This document shows, piece after piece, positions 1 to 9,885 of a stretch of 64,000 bases of DNA (the first letter of the stretch is position 1; each line of letters opens with the position of its first letter). Location of the stretch: positions 55,519-119,518 of the forward strand of contig BEHE01000003.1 in assembly GCA_002898395.1 (NCBI GenBank), written 5' to 3'. A model generated the notes under the pieces. That model was given only the letters and a program-made list of their open reading frames with translations, was not told where the DNA came from and did no database searches. A program made the translations under genes and the position numbers. The DNA is from Candidatus Calditenuaceae archaeon HR02. GTDB taxonomy: Archaea > Thermoproteota > Nitrososphaeria_A > Caldarchaeales > Calditenuaceae.

Positions 1-408
1 CAGCTCCACAAGATATCCCACACCACCATACTCCTTTGGATGATATACGACGCCCGGCGACCTGAACTTATTCACATTATAGGCCGTGACCACAGTGTAT
101 CTGAGGTCTCCAGCCTCTCCGTGGTCGCCCGTCGTAACAAACACTTTAGACCTGCATGAGACGCTCACGAGCCCTGACATACAGTTTTTCGCAGCTACTA
201 TAGTTGTTCTCTCTGGAGAGGTTACTTTTGCTAGGTCATTGGCCGAGAGGTGGTCGAAGTGGTCGTGCGTAATGAATACTACATCTGCCGCCATCTTGGT
301 CTTAGTCTTGAGCTGGTAGGGGTCAAACACTACCTCGCGGCCGCTCCAGCGGATGCTGAAGCCCGCGTGGCCAAGCCATCTTATCTCAAGCCCCTTGTAT
401 ACCAGCAT
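1..408 (-). CDS. MBL-fold metallo-hydrolase (runs off window start)
   Basis: Manual translation MLVYKGLEIRWLGHAGFSIR...VVFDPY...DVVFITHDHFDHL with the HxHxDH motif; absent from the ORF track. Confidence 0.85.
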   Translation of the reverse strand, partial: MLVYKGLEIRWLGHAGFSIRWSGREVVFDPYQLKTKTKMAADVVFITHDHFDHLSANDLAKVTSPERTTIVAAKNCMSGLVSVSCRSKVFVTTGDHGEAGDLRYTVVTAYNVNKFRSPGVVYHPKEYGGVGYLVEL

Positions 409-523
409 CGAGATAACTAGCTATACCTTCCCCTATATATCAGTAGCCATACATCACTCCATAGTTATATCGCAGGTGGTCATGCATCGGACTTGTACTT
501 AAGGCGAGGCTTTCAAAACCTTT

Positions 524-652
524 ATGGTTAAGAGGACGGCATCGGCTTGAGATGGATCGAAGTTGTTGATCGAGAAGATCGCACTCGAGCTTGGGCCTGA
601 GATTGACGTGGCTCTTGTGGAAGGTGATGTTAAGATTAATGAGCAGGTGTGA
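524..652 (+). pseudogene. Possible HypB/UreG-like GTPase remnant
   Basis: Reads MVKRTASA*DGSKLLIEKIALELGPEIDVALVEGDVK; resembles the post-P-loop ...IAVIEGDV segment of HypB; internal stop, no intact Walker A. Confidence 0.3.
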
Positions 653-1647
653 ATCCCTTGAGTGATGGATTGGCTCTGCAGGAGACCATACCGTGGATTG
701 AGAAGTATCGCCCTCGAAGCCTCTCCGAGATAATCAACCAAGAAGCAATCGTGAACAGCCTCAAGACGATACTGTCCACACACTCCGTTCCACATATGCT
801 GTTTACTGGGCCGCCCGGCGTCGGGAAAACCGCCACAGCCCATGCCTTTGCCATCGACCTTTATGGCGGAAGATACGTTGAAGATGGACACTTCCTGGAA
901 ATTAACGCGAGCGATGAGAGAGGTATAGACGTCATAAGGGATAAGGTTAAGGGGTTCGCCAGAACCATACCTATAGGAGGAATAGGGTTCAAGATCCTAC
1001 TACTAGACGAGGCGGACCAGCTCACAGCTGACGCCCAGCACGCCTTTAGAAGGGTCATGGAGCAGTTCTCAGCAACTTGCAGATTCATCCTAGCAGCAAA
1101 CTACGCCAACAGGATAATCGAGCCTATACAGTCGAGGTGTGCAGTCTTTAGGTTCAAGCCGATAGAGCTGGAGCACATGAGGATTGCTGTACAAAGGATA
1201 GCCTCCAAAGAGGGCCTAGAAGTTACGGGCAGGGCAGTTGAGGCCCTATACGAGGTCACGGAGGGCGACCTGAGAAGGTGCATCAACCTACTCCAAACAG
1301 CGTCAACCTACAGCAAGAGAATAGATGAGAACCTTGTCTTTCAGGTTGCGGGGCTCGCTTGGGGGAGTGAGGTTCGTCGGCTACTGGAATTGGCCGCGGC
1401 TGGCAAGATAGAGGATGCCAGAAAACAGCTTAAGCTCATACTCTACGTCAACGGGGCCTCGGAGAGGGATCTTATCGGCCAGATATACCGCGACCTATTC
1501 TACCTCTCAATCCCGGAGAAGAAGAAGCTGGAGCTGATATCGCTGCTAGGTGAGGTTGACTTCCGGGTCTCTCAGGGAGCTAACCCCGAGCTGCAGATTA
1601 TGATGTTCTTGGCGACCCTATACTCTGCATCTCAGGTGGGTAAGTAG
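649..1647 (+). CDS. rfcS: Replication factor C small subunit
   Basis: PWIEKYRP, GPPGVGKT, LEINASDERG, LDEAD, SRC motifs. Confidence 0.97.
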   Translation: MNPLSDGLALQETIPWIEKYRPRSLSEIINQEAIVNSLKTILSTHSVPHMLFTGPPGVGKTATAHAFAIDLYGGRYVEDGHFLEINASDERGIDVIRDKVKGFARTIPIGGIGFKILLLDEADQLTADAQHAFRRVMEQFSATCRFILAANYANRIIEPIQSRCAVFRFKPIELEHMRIAVQRIASKEGLEVTGRAVEALYEVTEGDLRRCINLLQTASTYSKRIDENLVFQVAGLAWGSEVRRLLELAAAGKIEDARKQLKLILYVNGASERDLIGQIYRDLFYLSIPEKKKLELISLLGEVDFRVSQGANPELQIMMFLATLYSASQVGK

Positions 1648-1651
1648 CCGT

Positions 1652-2965
1652 TTGAGCCTGCCCTGGACCGAAAAGTATAGGCCGAGGCGCGTCGCCGAGG
1701 TGGTGGGCAATGAGGAGGCTAAAAGGCAATTTGAGATGTGGATGAGGGATTGGGAGAAGGGCAATCCCTCCACCAAAGCCGCCCTACTAGTGGGGCCCCC
1801 AGGAACCGGCAAGACGTCTCTCGTGTTGGCCTACGCCTCTGAGCATGGCTACGACGTTGTAGAGATAAACGCGAGCGATGAGAGGAGCTCTGAAAAGCTG
1901 AAGACTATTGTGGGAGAGTCTGCGCGGCAGACCACGCTGAGCGGAACCAGGAGGAGGATTATACTGCTGGATGAAGTTGACGGGATTGCGGGAAGGGAGG
2001 CGGCTGGCGGCATAGCCACACTTTCCTCGATAATAAAGTCTACGCGAACCCCTATCGTCATGGTTGCCAACGACCCCTGGAGCCCTCGGCTAGCGCCGCT
2101 GAGGGAGAGTGCCCTAATGATAAAGTTCAACAAGCTCAGGCAGCGGGAAATAGTCTCTCGCCTGAAGAGGATACTGGAGTCGGAGGGGGTCCACCTCGAC
2201 GAGGAAATTCTGGCCGAGATAGCTAGGCGCAGCGAAGGCGACATGAGAAGCGCAATAAACGACGCCCAGGTCCTCATATCAACACGCGGCTCAGCCGAGT
2301 CACTGCTAGCCACTCTCGGACTTAGGGATAGACAGAAGACATCCTTCGAGGTCTTGGCAGAGATCTTCGGCTCAACCTCGGCAGCATCAGGCAGAGTATC
2401 GGTCCAAGGCTCAGACATGGAGATAGAAGATATCGTGACTTGGGTATGTGACAATATTTTAAACCAAATACATAGCCCGCAGGCCATTGCCGACGTCTTT
2501 AAGCTACTGGCAGATGCTGACCTTCACTACTCGAGGGTAAAGAGGCTTCAGAGGTGGGAGCTTCTGCGCTATGTCGCCCCCCTACTAGGTGCCGGCCCCG
2601 GCGTTGTGAAACACATGTATGGTGAAAAGGGGGTGAGATTTGAGTTCCCCTCAACAATCAGGTTTATGCAGCAGACAAGGGAGCAGAGGGCTCTAATCCA
2701 GTCTGCGCTGGCAAAGGTGGCCGCAAGGACTAAGATGTCGAGAACTAAGGCGGCTAGTGAGATGCTGCCATTCCTAGCGGAGATGCTCAGGAGGGGGGAG
2801 AAGGGTGTTGCGCGCTATTTCGAACTGTCAGACGAGGAGGTAAAGGCCTTAATCGGGCTAGGCGGCCGGCAGCCATCTGAGGTCACCCACGCGACAAAGG
2901 CCGCGCCGCCGAGGGGGAAGGCTACTCGCCCTCGGCAGACTCGAGGAGCGCGGAGATCTCCCTAA
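1652..2965 (+). CDS. rfcL: Replication factor C large subunit
   Basis: PWTEKYRP, GPPGTGKT, EINASD, LDEVD, GDMRSAIND; follows rfcS. Confidence 0.95.
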   Translation: MSLPWTEKYRPRRVAEVVGNEEAKRQFEMWMRDWEKGNPSTKAALLVGPPGTGKTSLVLAYASEHGYDVVEINASDERSSEKLKTIVGESARQTTLSGTRRRIILLDEVDGIAGREAAGGIATLSSIIKSTRTPIVMVANDPWSPRLAPLRESALMIKFNKLRQREIVSRLKRILESEGVHLDEEILAEIARRSEGDMRSAINDAQVLISTRGSAESLLATLGLRDRQKTSFEVLAEIFGSTSAASGRVSVQGSDMEIEDIVTWVCDNILNQIHSPQAIADVFKLLADADLHYSRVKRLQRWELLRYVAPLLGAGPGVVKHMYGEKGVRFEFPSTIRFMQQTREQRALIQSALAKVAARTKMSRTKAASEMLPFLAEMLRRGEKGVARYFELSDEEVKALIGLGGRQPSEVTHATKAAPPRGKATRPRQTRGARRSP

Positions 2966-4073
2966 CCATGATCGATGCGGGGATGCCGGGCAGTGTTATG
3001 AAGCTCTTTCTCCCATGTAACTCACCCTTGCCTATCTTTATCCTAATTAGGCCAAGGTCTTCTAGGCGCTGCATATGTTCCCAAAACCTCGTGTAGGCCC
3101 TTGCCGGGGCTCCAAACTCCTCGCAAACGACCTTGTATGCTTGATAGAGCTCGGTGGAGGAGATATGTGACTTGCCGCTACTTAGCAGGAGCCGAGCTGC
3201 TGCCAGTAGCAGGAGCTTCTCATGCCTAGATACGTATGTGAGAACCTCCCTCTTGATGGAGGGATATATGCTAGCAGCCGCCTTCCTGACATGCTCTGGG
3301 ACCACCTTTGTCGCGCCCTCATTCTCCGCGTATTTCCCAGCCCTCCATAGGAGTTCAACAGCATACCTCGCATCACCCCTCTCCGATGCCATTTCAACGA
3401 TGAGGCTCTTAGCATCCTCAGTCATTACGCCTGGATAGAAAGCCTCCGAGCACCTATACTCCACAATATCCGCTAGCTGGCTGTGGTTGTACTCCTCCAA
3501 GTAGATCACGCCGGCTTGAAATACTCCTCTCACACTCTCATCCATCTCCTCCAGAATCTCGGCATTCCTGCTGATCGCTATGATTGAGATTCTAGCCCCT
3601 CTATCAGTCTCCTCTCCCAGACGGAGAAGGGTGTAGACGCCCCTCGGGTCCGAGTGTAGAAAGCCGTCAAACTCGTCCAGCCCGACGACTGCGAGAATCT
3701 TCTTACGCTCCAGAAGATCCACTATCCTCGCTCCAAGCTCCTCAGCGGCGAGTCCGCGCGAAGGAATCGGCGCCCCAAGTGTCTCGACTATCTTCTTTAG
3801 GATGGAGCTAAGTGTTGCGTGTATCCTGCAGTTTATGTGGATGTATTTGGCTTGGCTGCTGGACTCCTCTAGCTTCCGGCCGAAGAGCTTGCTTAAAGCA
3901 GTCTTGCCAGTCCCTACAGCTCCCACTATCAAGACCCTAACCGAGACGGCTGGTCGCCCAGCCATGTAGCTGGAGAAAAAAGTCTCGAGAAGACCCAGCT
4001 CCTTCTCCCTATGAGGAAGTCTCGGCGGTACATACTCGGGCGATAGCTTCTCCTCACTCTTAAAAATCCTCAA
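2922..4073 (-). CDS. cdc6: Orc1/Cdc6 family replication initiator
   Basis: LSPEYVPPRLPHRE, GAVGTGKT, LDEFD, GDARYA, C-terminal winged helix. Confidence 0.93.
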   Translation of the reverse strand: MRIFKSEEKLSPEYVPPRLPHREKELGLLETFFSSYMAGRPAVSVRVLIVGAVGTGKTALSKLFGRKLEESSSQAKYIHINCRIHATLSSILKKIVETLGAPIPSRGLAAEELGARIVDLLERKKILAVVGLDEFDGFLHSDPRGVYTLLRLGEETDRGARISIIAISRNAEILEEMDESVRGVFQAGVIYLEEYNHSQLADIVEYRCSEAFYPGVMTEDAKSLIVEMASERGDARYAVELLWRAGKYAENEGATKVVPEHVRKAAASIYPSIKREVLTYVSRHEKLLLLAAARLLLSSGKSHISSTELYQAYKVVCEEFGAPARAYTRFWEHMQRLEDLGLIRIKIGKGELHGRKSFITLPGIPASIMVREISALLESAEGE

Positions 4074-4141
4074 TCTCCAGCCAACATGCCTCTCTCAACA
4101 GAATATTAAAGTGTTAAAGAGGAACCAGCACGTACAAGGCC

Positions 4142-4435
4142 TTACCTATTTTTCAGGCGCTTTGAGGGAAGCTTCAGAAGGCTTCCTTGGCCAAGGCCAG
4201 GGGGCAGTCCCACGGTGGCCTGCTCGCTGAAGACAACCACGACCACGTCGCCGGCGCTATCAACTATCCTACCTCTCCATGGATTGCCATTGTAGTCCTC
4301 GTACAGCGCCTCCTCTCCGACGAAGGAGGTGAGCTGGGAGGGCTCTATAGGTGAGGTGGGCGAGGCGAGTATCCTCTCCTCCTCGTCGAACCCGACCACT
4401 ATTGCGTCGATCCACTCAACCTCCTCATCAGACAT
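4142..4435 (-). CDS. Acidic small beta-barrel protein, eL33 (L35Ae)-like fold
   Basis: FVG..A.Y...NG..WRGRIV..AG..VVVVVF...GLP pattern parallels L35Ae by eye; acidic rather than basic. Confidence 0.5.
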   Translation of the reverse strand: MSDEEVEWIDAIVVGFDEEERILASPTSPIEPSQLTSFVGEEALYEDYNGNPWRGRIVDSAGDVVVVVFSEQATVGLPPGLGQGSLLKLPSKRLKNR

Positions 4436-4527
4436 ACGTGAGAAAAGTCTGCGTCTCCCATTTTTAAATCCTTCCCAGACCGCCGCCTCATAGATACTGC
4501 TATATCCCTCTAATCTGGTTTTTCTGT

Positions 4528-6021
4528 GTGTGCGCGAAGTATTCTCTGGGCTCTGAGTTTAAGTTTGGCTTTTCAACTGTAGGCGTGCAGCATGAGATGG
4601 GTGTCCCGGGCTCTGAGTTCAGCTCCGACTGGGTTGCCTGGCTTCATGACCCGGAGAACATACTAGCTGGGATTGTGAGCGGCGACGCTCCCGAGGATGG
4701 GCCTGGATACTGGAGGCTTTTCAGAGAGGACCATGAAAGAGCGCGGAGCATCGGAATGGATGCGGCTTGGATAACGGTCGAGTGGGCGAGGATATTCCCA
4801 AGGCCGACCTTTGATGTGAAGGTACCTATGGAGAAGGCTGGCAGAGTCATTACCCGGGCCTTAGTTGAGAGGAAGCATTTAGAGGATCTTGAGAGGATAG
4901 CCGACATGCAAGCGCTCAACCACTACAGGGAGATACTCTCTGACTGGAGGAGCAGGGGCGGCCTCGTAATCGCAAATCTCTTCCACTGGTCCCTACCACT
5001 CTGGCTCCACGACCCTATCAAGGTGAGGAAGCTTGGGCCTGACCGGGCGCCATCCGGCTGGATTGATGAGAGGTGCGTCACAGAGTTCGCCAAGCTCTCA
5101 GCATTTCTAGCCCACCACCTAGATGACGTGGTTGACATGTGGTATACGATGAACGAGCCACTTGTCATCGCCAACGCGGGCTATCTCCAAGTAAACTCTG
5201 GATTCCCACCCGGTTATCTCGACCTAGAGACCTTTATGACTGTCATCAAAAATCTCGAGATGGCGCATGCAGTCGCCTACGACGCTGTAAAGAGCTATTC
5301 TAAGAAGCCTGTCGGCGTGGTGGAGTCGGTGGCCCACTGAACCCCCTTAACAACCGAAGACCAGGCCGCGGCAGATAGGGGCTTCGAATTTAACATCGCG
5401 ATATATGATGCGGCTGTGAGGGGGCTTGTAGGTGGAGAGGTTGTTGACGAGGCTCGAAATAGGATTGACTGGATTGGTCTCAACTACTATTCCAGAATGG
5501 TTGTTAAGGCTGAGAGTAGGTCGCCCACAGGGTTTAGGATTGTTAGCGGCTATGGCTATGGCTGCCAGCCTAGAGCATACTCGCTCGATGGGAGGCCAAC
5601 AAGTGATTTCGGTTGGGAGGTTTACCCAGAGGGTCTCTACCACGTGGCTAAAAGGCTCTACGGCCGCTATCGATTACCAATCTACGTGACTGAGAATGGG
5701 TGTGCGGACTCTGAAGACCGTCTAAGACCAAGGTTCATTGTCTCACACCTTTACCAGATATACCTCGCCAAGAGAGAGGGTGTGGATTTGCGGGGATACT
5801 TTCACTGGAATCTTACCGACAACCTGGAGTGGGCGAAGGGGTATAGCATGAGGTTTGGGCTATTTGAGGTTGACATGTCTTCTAAGAAAAGATTCGCTAG
5901 GCCTAGCGCTTTGGTCTTCAGGGAAATAGCCACCTCCAAGGCGATACCTGAAGAGTTTGAGAACATCACTCATCCCCCGTCGAGAAGAAATAGATGCCCC
6001 GTTCACACAGATATTTGTTAG
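4528..6021 (+). pseudogene. GH1 beta-glycosidase (LacS/CelB type) interrupted by one in-frame TGA at 5338-5340
   Basis: Both ORF halves are in one frame; TMNEP acid/base motif, IGLNYY, VTENG nucleophile, DNLEW..G motif. Confidence 0.85.
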
Positions 6022-6029
6022 TATCTTCT

Positions 6030-6389
6030 TTAGGGCTGTTCGCTGGTCCACTCGGACATTAGTCTATCGTACCAAGAGTCTTCCTCTTCGATCTCCTCAT
6101 ATAGCTTCTCCCTCAGCGCAATCTCTAGGGCCTCTAGGTGATAGCATCTTGCCTTCTGCCTATGTAGGACCCTGAAGTAGAAGTCGTCACAACTGCAGTA
6201 TGGCGCCTCTGGGAGGAGCAGATAATCCCTCTCCCTCCCGACCACCACCCACCTAACCCTACCACTCGGCTTGAATACATATCGCTTAACCCTCCCGCTT
6301 TCCGCCAGGATGCGTGGAGCCTCTATACTATTACCAGAGCTCTCTCGATCTGACACACCAATCGACACTCCCGAGCCTCGACCCATCAA
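6030..6389 (-). CDS. SWIM zinc-finger protein
   Basis: YCSCDDF...CYH (CxCxnCxH). Confidence 0.8.
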   Translation of the reverse strand: MMGRGSGVSIGVSDRESSGNSIEAPRILAESGRVKRYVFKPSGRVRWVVVGRERDYLLLPEAPYCSCDDFYFRVLHRQKARCYHLEALEIALREKLYEEIEEEDSWYDRLMSEWTSEQP

Positions 6390-7140
6390 GCATCAGGACA
6401 CTAGCATCGCTGAGACTGAATAACCCGCTTCTAAGCAGGGGGCTAACACCCCTACCCCCCCTTAGGAGCTGTGAGAGCTCTACCCCCTGTAGGGCATTGT
6501 TAAAGTGAGGCATGACGAGAAGTGTGACCTGACGCCTACGCCGCGCTGTGAGGGCTCCACCCATCTTACTCGAAAGCACTTTGACGACCCTGCTTCCAGA
6601 TGCTTTCATCATCAGGAATACCTTCCGCCTCGAACCCGGCTCACGCGCCAAGCTAATCACAGGGTGTGTATGCCCTATTATTATGATCTTGGCGTCTGCT
6701 GCCTGGGGTGGAGGCCAGCAGTGGCCGTGAAGCATCCATGCCTCTCCGATCCTTATTCCCCGCCCCGAGACCACTTTAGCCATATCGCCGGCAAGGTTCA
6801 TTATGCCCGCATCATGGTTTCCAGGCGTAATTATGATTTCTCTTACCCTTGCTTTCACGGAGTGTAACAGATCTACCACCTGTCTAGACTCTCTCCAGCT
6901 AACTCCAGCCACCCTGTGCTTCACGTCTCCGAGAAGAACAAGGGCGTCCGCTCTATGATCCTCTAGGAGCTTCAGGAGCCTCTCGAGTATGTTGGGGAGC
7001 TGGTTGGGGAAGTGTATGTCTTCACGAGCAAGCTCCACCTCGTATCCAAGGTGCAAGTCCGAGACAATCAGGTATTTCTTACCACCGCTCTCTAAGACAA
7101 TCGCTGCCTCGTCTCCAGGGAAATTCAGCATCACTGGCAA
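6331..7140 (-). CDS. Calcineurin-like metallophosphoesterase (COG1407-like)
   Basis: SDLHLG, LGDVKH, PGNHD, LHGH, GHTHP motifs. Confidence 0.9.
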   Translation of the reverse strand: MPVMLNFPGDEAAIVLESGGKKYLIVSDLHLGYEVELAREDIHFPNQLPNILERLLKLLEDHRADALVLLGDVKHRVAGVSWRESRQVVDLLHSVKARVREIIITPGNHDAGIMNLAGDMAKVVSGRGIRIGEAWMLHGHCWPPPQAADAKIIIIGHTHPVISLAREPGSRRKVFLMMKASGSRVVKVLSSKMGGALTARRRRQVTLLVMPHFNNALQGVELSQLLRGGRGVSPLLRSGLFSLSDASVLMLDGSRLGSVDWCVRSRELW

Positions 7141-7169
7141 GAGAATGATGTATTTGGGGCTGTTTATCC

Positions 7170-8300
7170 TTAGCGCTTCTGTAGCTCGGCAAGCCTCTCG
7201 GGTAGGAAGTCCTTCACAATGAACTCGAGCCCATATCTCGAGAAGGCCTCCAGCTCGGCCTTCCGCTTAATCTTTCCGAAGAACTGGACCTCACGCCTCC
7301 ACGGGTCCACCGTATATCTCGGGTCCTGCTCAAGTTCCCTGAGCCTCTTAAGGTCCTGCTCCGTCAGCCTCATCGCAGGCAGCCTATACTTTGTGATGTC
7401 TGTAGCGTATACTCCTGCCCATACCGCGTCCGGAACATTTATCTCCCTAATATGCGCGGATAGGGCCGACCCGTGGATAAGTACGCTAGCTATGTGGACA
7501 CCGTAAGGATCGGCATCCGTAAATATGTATACTGGCAAATTCAGCTCCTCTCTGAGTCTCCGTATAAGTTTTCTACAGTTCCTTGGCGACTGTCCCGCCG
7601 TGTGAATGAGGAGCGCCTTGAACTTCTTATCAGCCCTCTCCTCAACGAACCTGCTGAACACAGCACCCTTCTCTATCACGAAGACCTGCTCCGCCCCGCA
7701 TTTCACGAACTCGGACGTCGTCAATGCCGGCCCGATCGCGTAGCCGTCTGGATGCGTGGACAGGTCAACCCTCTGACCCCTAAAACCCGGTACCGTGTAC
7801 TCAATAACTAAGTCGCCGTATATAGAGGCCCTCTCTTCAGGGAAGATATTCATGTCTTCTCTTGGATGGTTGATGAGGCTCTCCACCTCCATGATTATGT
7901 CGTCGCTCTCGTCTTGAGACTCGAAATCTATTCCTTCACCTATTGCGACATAGTATGTATCCCTAAGCGTTGATGTCTTACCATTTGTTAAGAGCTGTTT
8001 TGCGAATTTAGACACCCAGATGAGCTGGGCGAAGGGTCTCAAATGCCGGATATTTGCTACAGTCCTCTCCGCCTTCTTAGAGCCCAGAACATATTGGCGT
8101 AGACTGTGGTCGTAGACTATGTTCTTGGTGCTTCTCACCGGGAGGTAGAGGGTTGGCCAATCACCCCTATTGAGGGCCTCCACAACCTCCTCGCCTATCC
8201 TTTTCAGCTTGGCTAAGACCGCCCTTTTCACCTCGTCAGACTTGTAGTGCTGCCCCACTCTACCTTCGGTCCCAGCAGTCTCGCCACGCTTCTTGGGCAC
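7170..8300 (-). CDS. top6A: DNA topoisomerase VI subunit A
   Basis: TLRDTYY catalytic Tyr, toprim IEK and DADPYG, KAELEA. Confidence 0.93.
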   Translation of the reverse strand: MPKKRGETAGTEGRVGQHYKSDEVKRAVLAKLKRIGEEVVEALNRGDWPTLYLPVRSTKNIVYDHSLRQYVLGSKKAERTVANIRHLRPFAQLIWVSKFAKQLLTNGKTSTLRDTYYVAIGEGIDFESQDESDDIIMEVESLINHPREDMNIFPEERASIYGDLVIEYTVPGFRGQRVDLSTHPDGYAIGPALTTSEFVKCGAEQVFVIEKGAVFSRFVEERADKKFKALLIHTAGQSPRNCRKLIRRLREELNLPVYIFTDADPYGVHIASVLIHGSALSAHIREINVPDAVWAGVYATDITKYRLPAMRLTEQDLKRLRELEQDPRYTVDPWRREVQFFGKIKRKAELEAFSRYGLEFIVKDFLPERLAELQKR

Positions 8301-8368
8301 GAGTATCTAATGTATAGGGCGCCTAATTAACAAGACTCGAGAAATAGCCTTCTATACACTTAGGTGCC

Positions 8369-9850
8369 TCACACCTGAGATAGGTGTGAGGCAAGCTGGA
8401 AAACGATTGAGAGGAATGGTGAGGAATAGACTCCTATCAGGACGCATAGAGCCGCTAGGACTAGGAGTGGGGCAAGCATCGCCGGGCCAGCCTCTTGACC
8501 GGCAGAGGACTTCGCGGTCTCCGGCTTTAGGAAGAGTGTCTGGACAACCCTAAGATGGTACATAGCTCCAATGATTACGTTTACCAGCATTATCGCGCCG
8601 GGAACAAAGTAGCCTGCCGAGAAGGCGGCCAAAATTATGGCATACTCGCTTACGAAGGAGTTTAGTCCAGGGATTCCTGCAAGGCTAAAAGCCCCTATAG
8701 AGTATGTGGCGGCTGAAAGTGGCATCCTTTTACCCACCCCTGATAGCTCGTCTAGGCTCCTCGTCCCAGTCGACTCTATGAGGCAGCCAGCGGAGAGGAA
8801 GAGCAGGGCCTTCGCGATTGCGTGGTTCATTACGTGGAGGAGTGCGCCAGCCAACGCCAGCGGGGTATTAATGCTAAGCGCAAGAACAATGTAGCCTATG
8901 TTTGCTATGCTGCTGAAGGCTAGAAGCCTCTTAATATCGCTCTGTAAAGCGGCCATAAGATTGCCAATACTCATGGTTAACAATGCAAGGGCCATAAGGC
9001 CGCTTCCCCATCCGTACATCTCAGGGGGATACAGAAGAGTAAACACGCGAACCATTGCGAAGACACCTGTCTTGATCACAACACCTGAAAGCATAGCGCT
9101 GATAGGGCTGGGAGCAGCCGGATGCGCGTCCGGAAGCCAGTAATGGAAGGGGGACATGGCTATGTTGACTCCGAGCCCACCCACGATCAGGACAAGGGCC
9201 GCCATGTTCCAGAGCTCGGATCTTACCCCCTGACTTGCCAAGATGTTCGACAGCCCATCGAACGTGAGCGTCCCCGTCAAGCCGTATAGGAGGGAGAGGC
9301 CGAAGAGGATGGCCGCTGAACCTGTAGAGCTCATTATCAAGTATTTCAGCGAAGCCTCGACAGCCTCCCACTCCCTATAGTTGAAGGCTACAAGCAAGTA
9401 GGAGGAGATGCTCATGACCTCCCAGAATACGAAGAAGGTGACAAAATCGCCTGAAAAGAAGACGCCAACCATGCCTAGAACCATGACCAATAGGAGCGTG
9501 TAGAACTCCGCTATCCTCTCTTTGACGTATCCGAGAGAATATATCGCTGACAAGAGCCCTATGCCGAGGATTATTGACGTGAAATAGTATGTGAGTCCGT
9601 CAGCGAGAATCATAGAGCCCTGCACCTGGTTGAACCTCGTCGATAGTGTTCCGGAGTGTGTTGCCTTGTTGAGGCTCTCCCAGAGCGTGTAGGCCAATAC
9701 CAGTGATGCATACACGCCTATTATCCGCGGAGCCTTCGATACCCTCGCCAACACCATCAATACCGGCGAGATGAACACAGCAGCTAGAAGGAGGCTCAGA
9801 ATAGGAACGGTCACAATCCCCGGAATCGGTTCAGCCATGCTTGACACCAC
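8369..9850 (-). CDS. Proton-conducting membrane subunit (MrpD/NuoN/MbhH-like)
   Basis: FFVFWEVMS, EASLKY, PFHYWLPDAHPAAPSPISAMLSG, KRLLAFSSI. Confidence 0.88.
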   Translation of the reverse strand: MVSSMAEPIPGIVTVPILSLLLAAVFISPVLMVLARVSKAPRIIGVYASLVLAYTLWESLNKATHSGTLSTRFNQVQGSMILADGLTYYFTSIILGIGLLSAIYSLGYVKERIAEFYTLLLVMVLGMVGVFFSGDFVTFFVFWEVMSISSYLLVAFNYREWEAVEASLKYLIMSSTGSAAILFGLSLLYGLTGTLTFDGLSNILASQGVRSELWNMAALVLIVGGLGVNIAMSPFHYWLPDAHPAAPSPISAMLSGVVIKTGVFAMVRVFTLLYPPEMYGWGSGLMALALLTMSIGNLMAALQSDIKRLLAFSSIANIGYIVLALSINTPLALAGALLHVMNHAIAKALLFLSAGCLIESTGTRSLDELSGVGKRMPLSAATYSIGAFSLAGIPGLNSFVSEYAIILAAFSAGYFVPGAIMLVNVIIGAMYHLRVVQTLFLKPETAKSSAGQEAGPAMLAPLLVLAALCVLIGVYSSPFLSIVFQLASHLSQV

Positions 9851-9885
9851 TCATTTAGAACTGAAATTTATGGTTACCATACCTT

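Noticed and set aside
4074-4527. Replication origin next to cdc6
   Set aside because: Intergenic gaps are short and I saw no ORB-like repeats
5338-5340. Selenocysteine or genetic-code reassignment
   Set aside because: Not a Cys-type catalytic site, and TGA is a normal stop throughout the window
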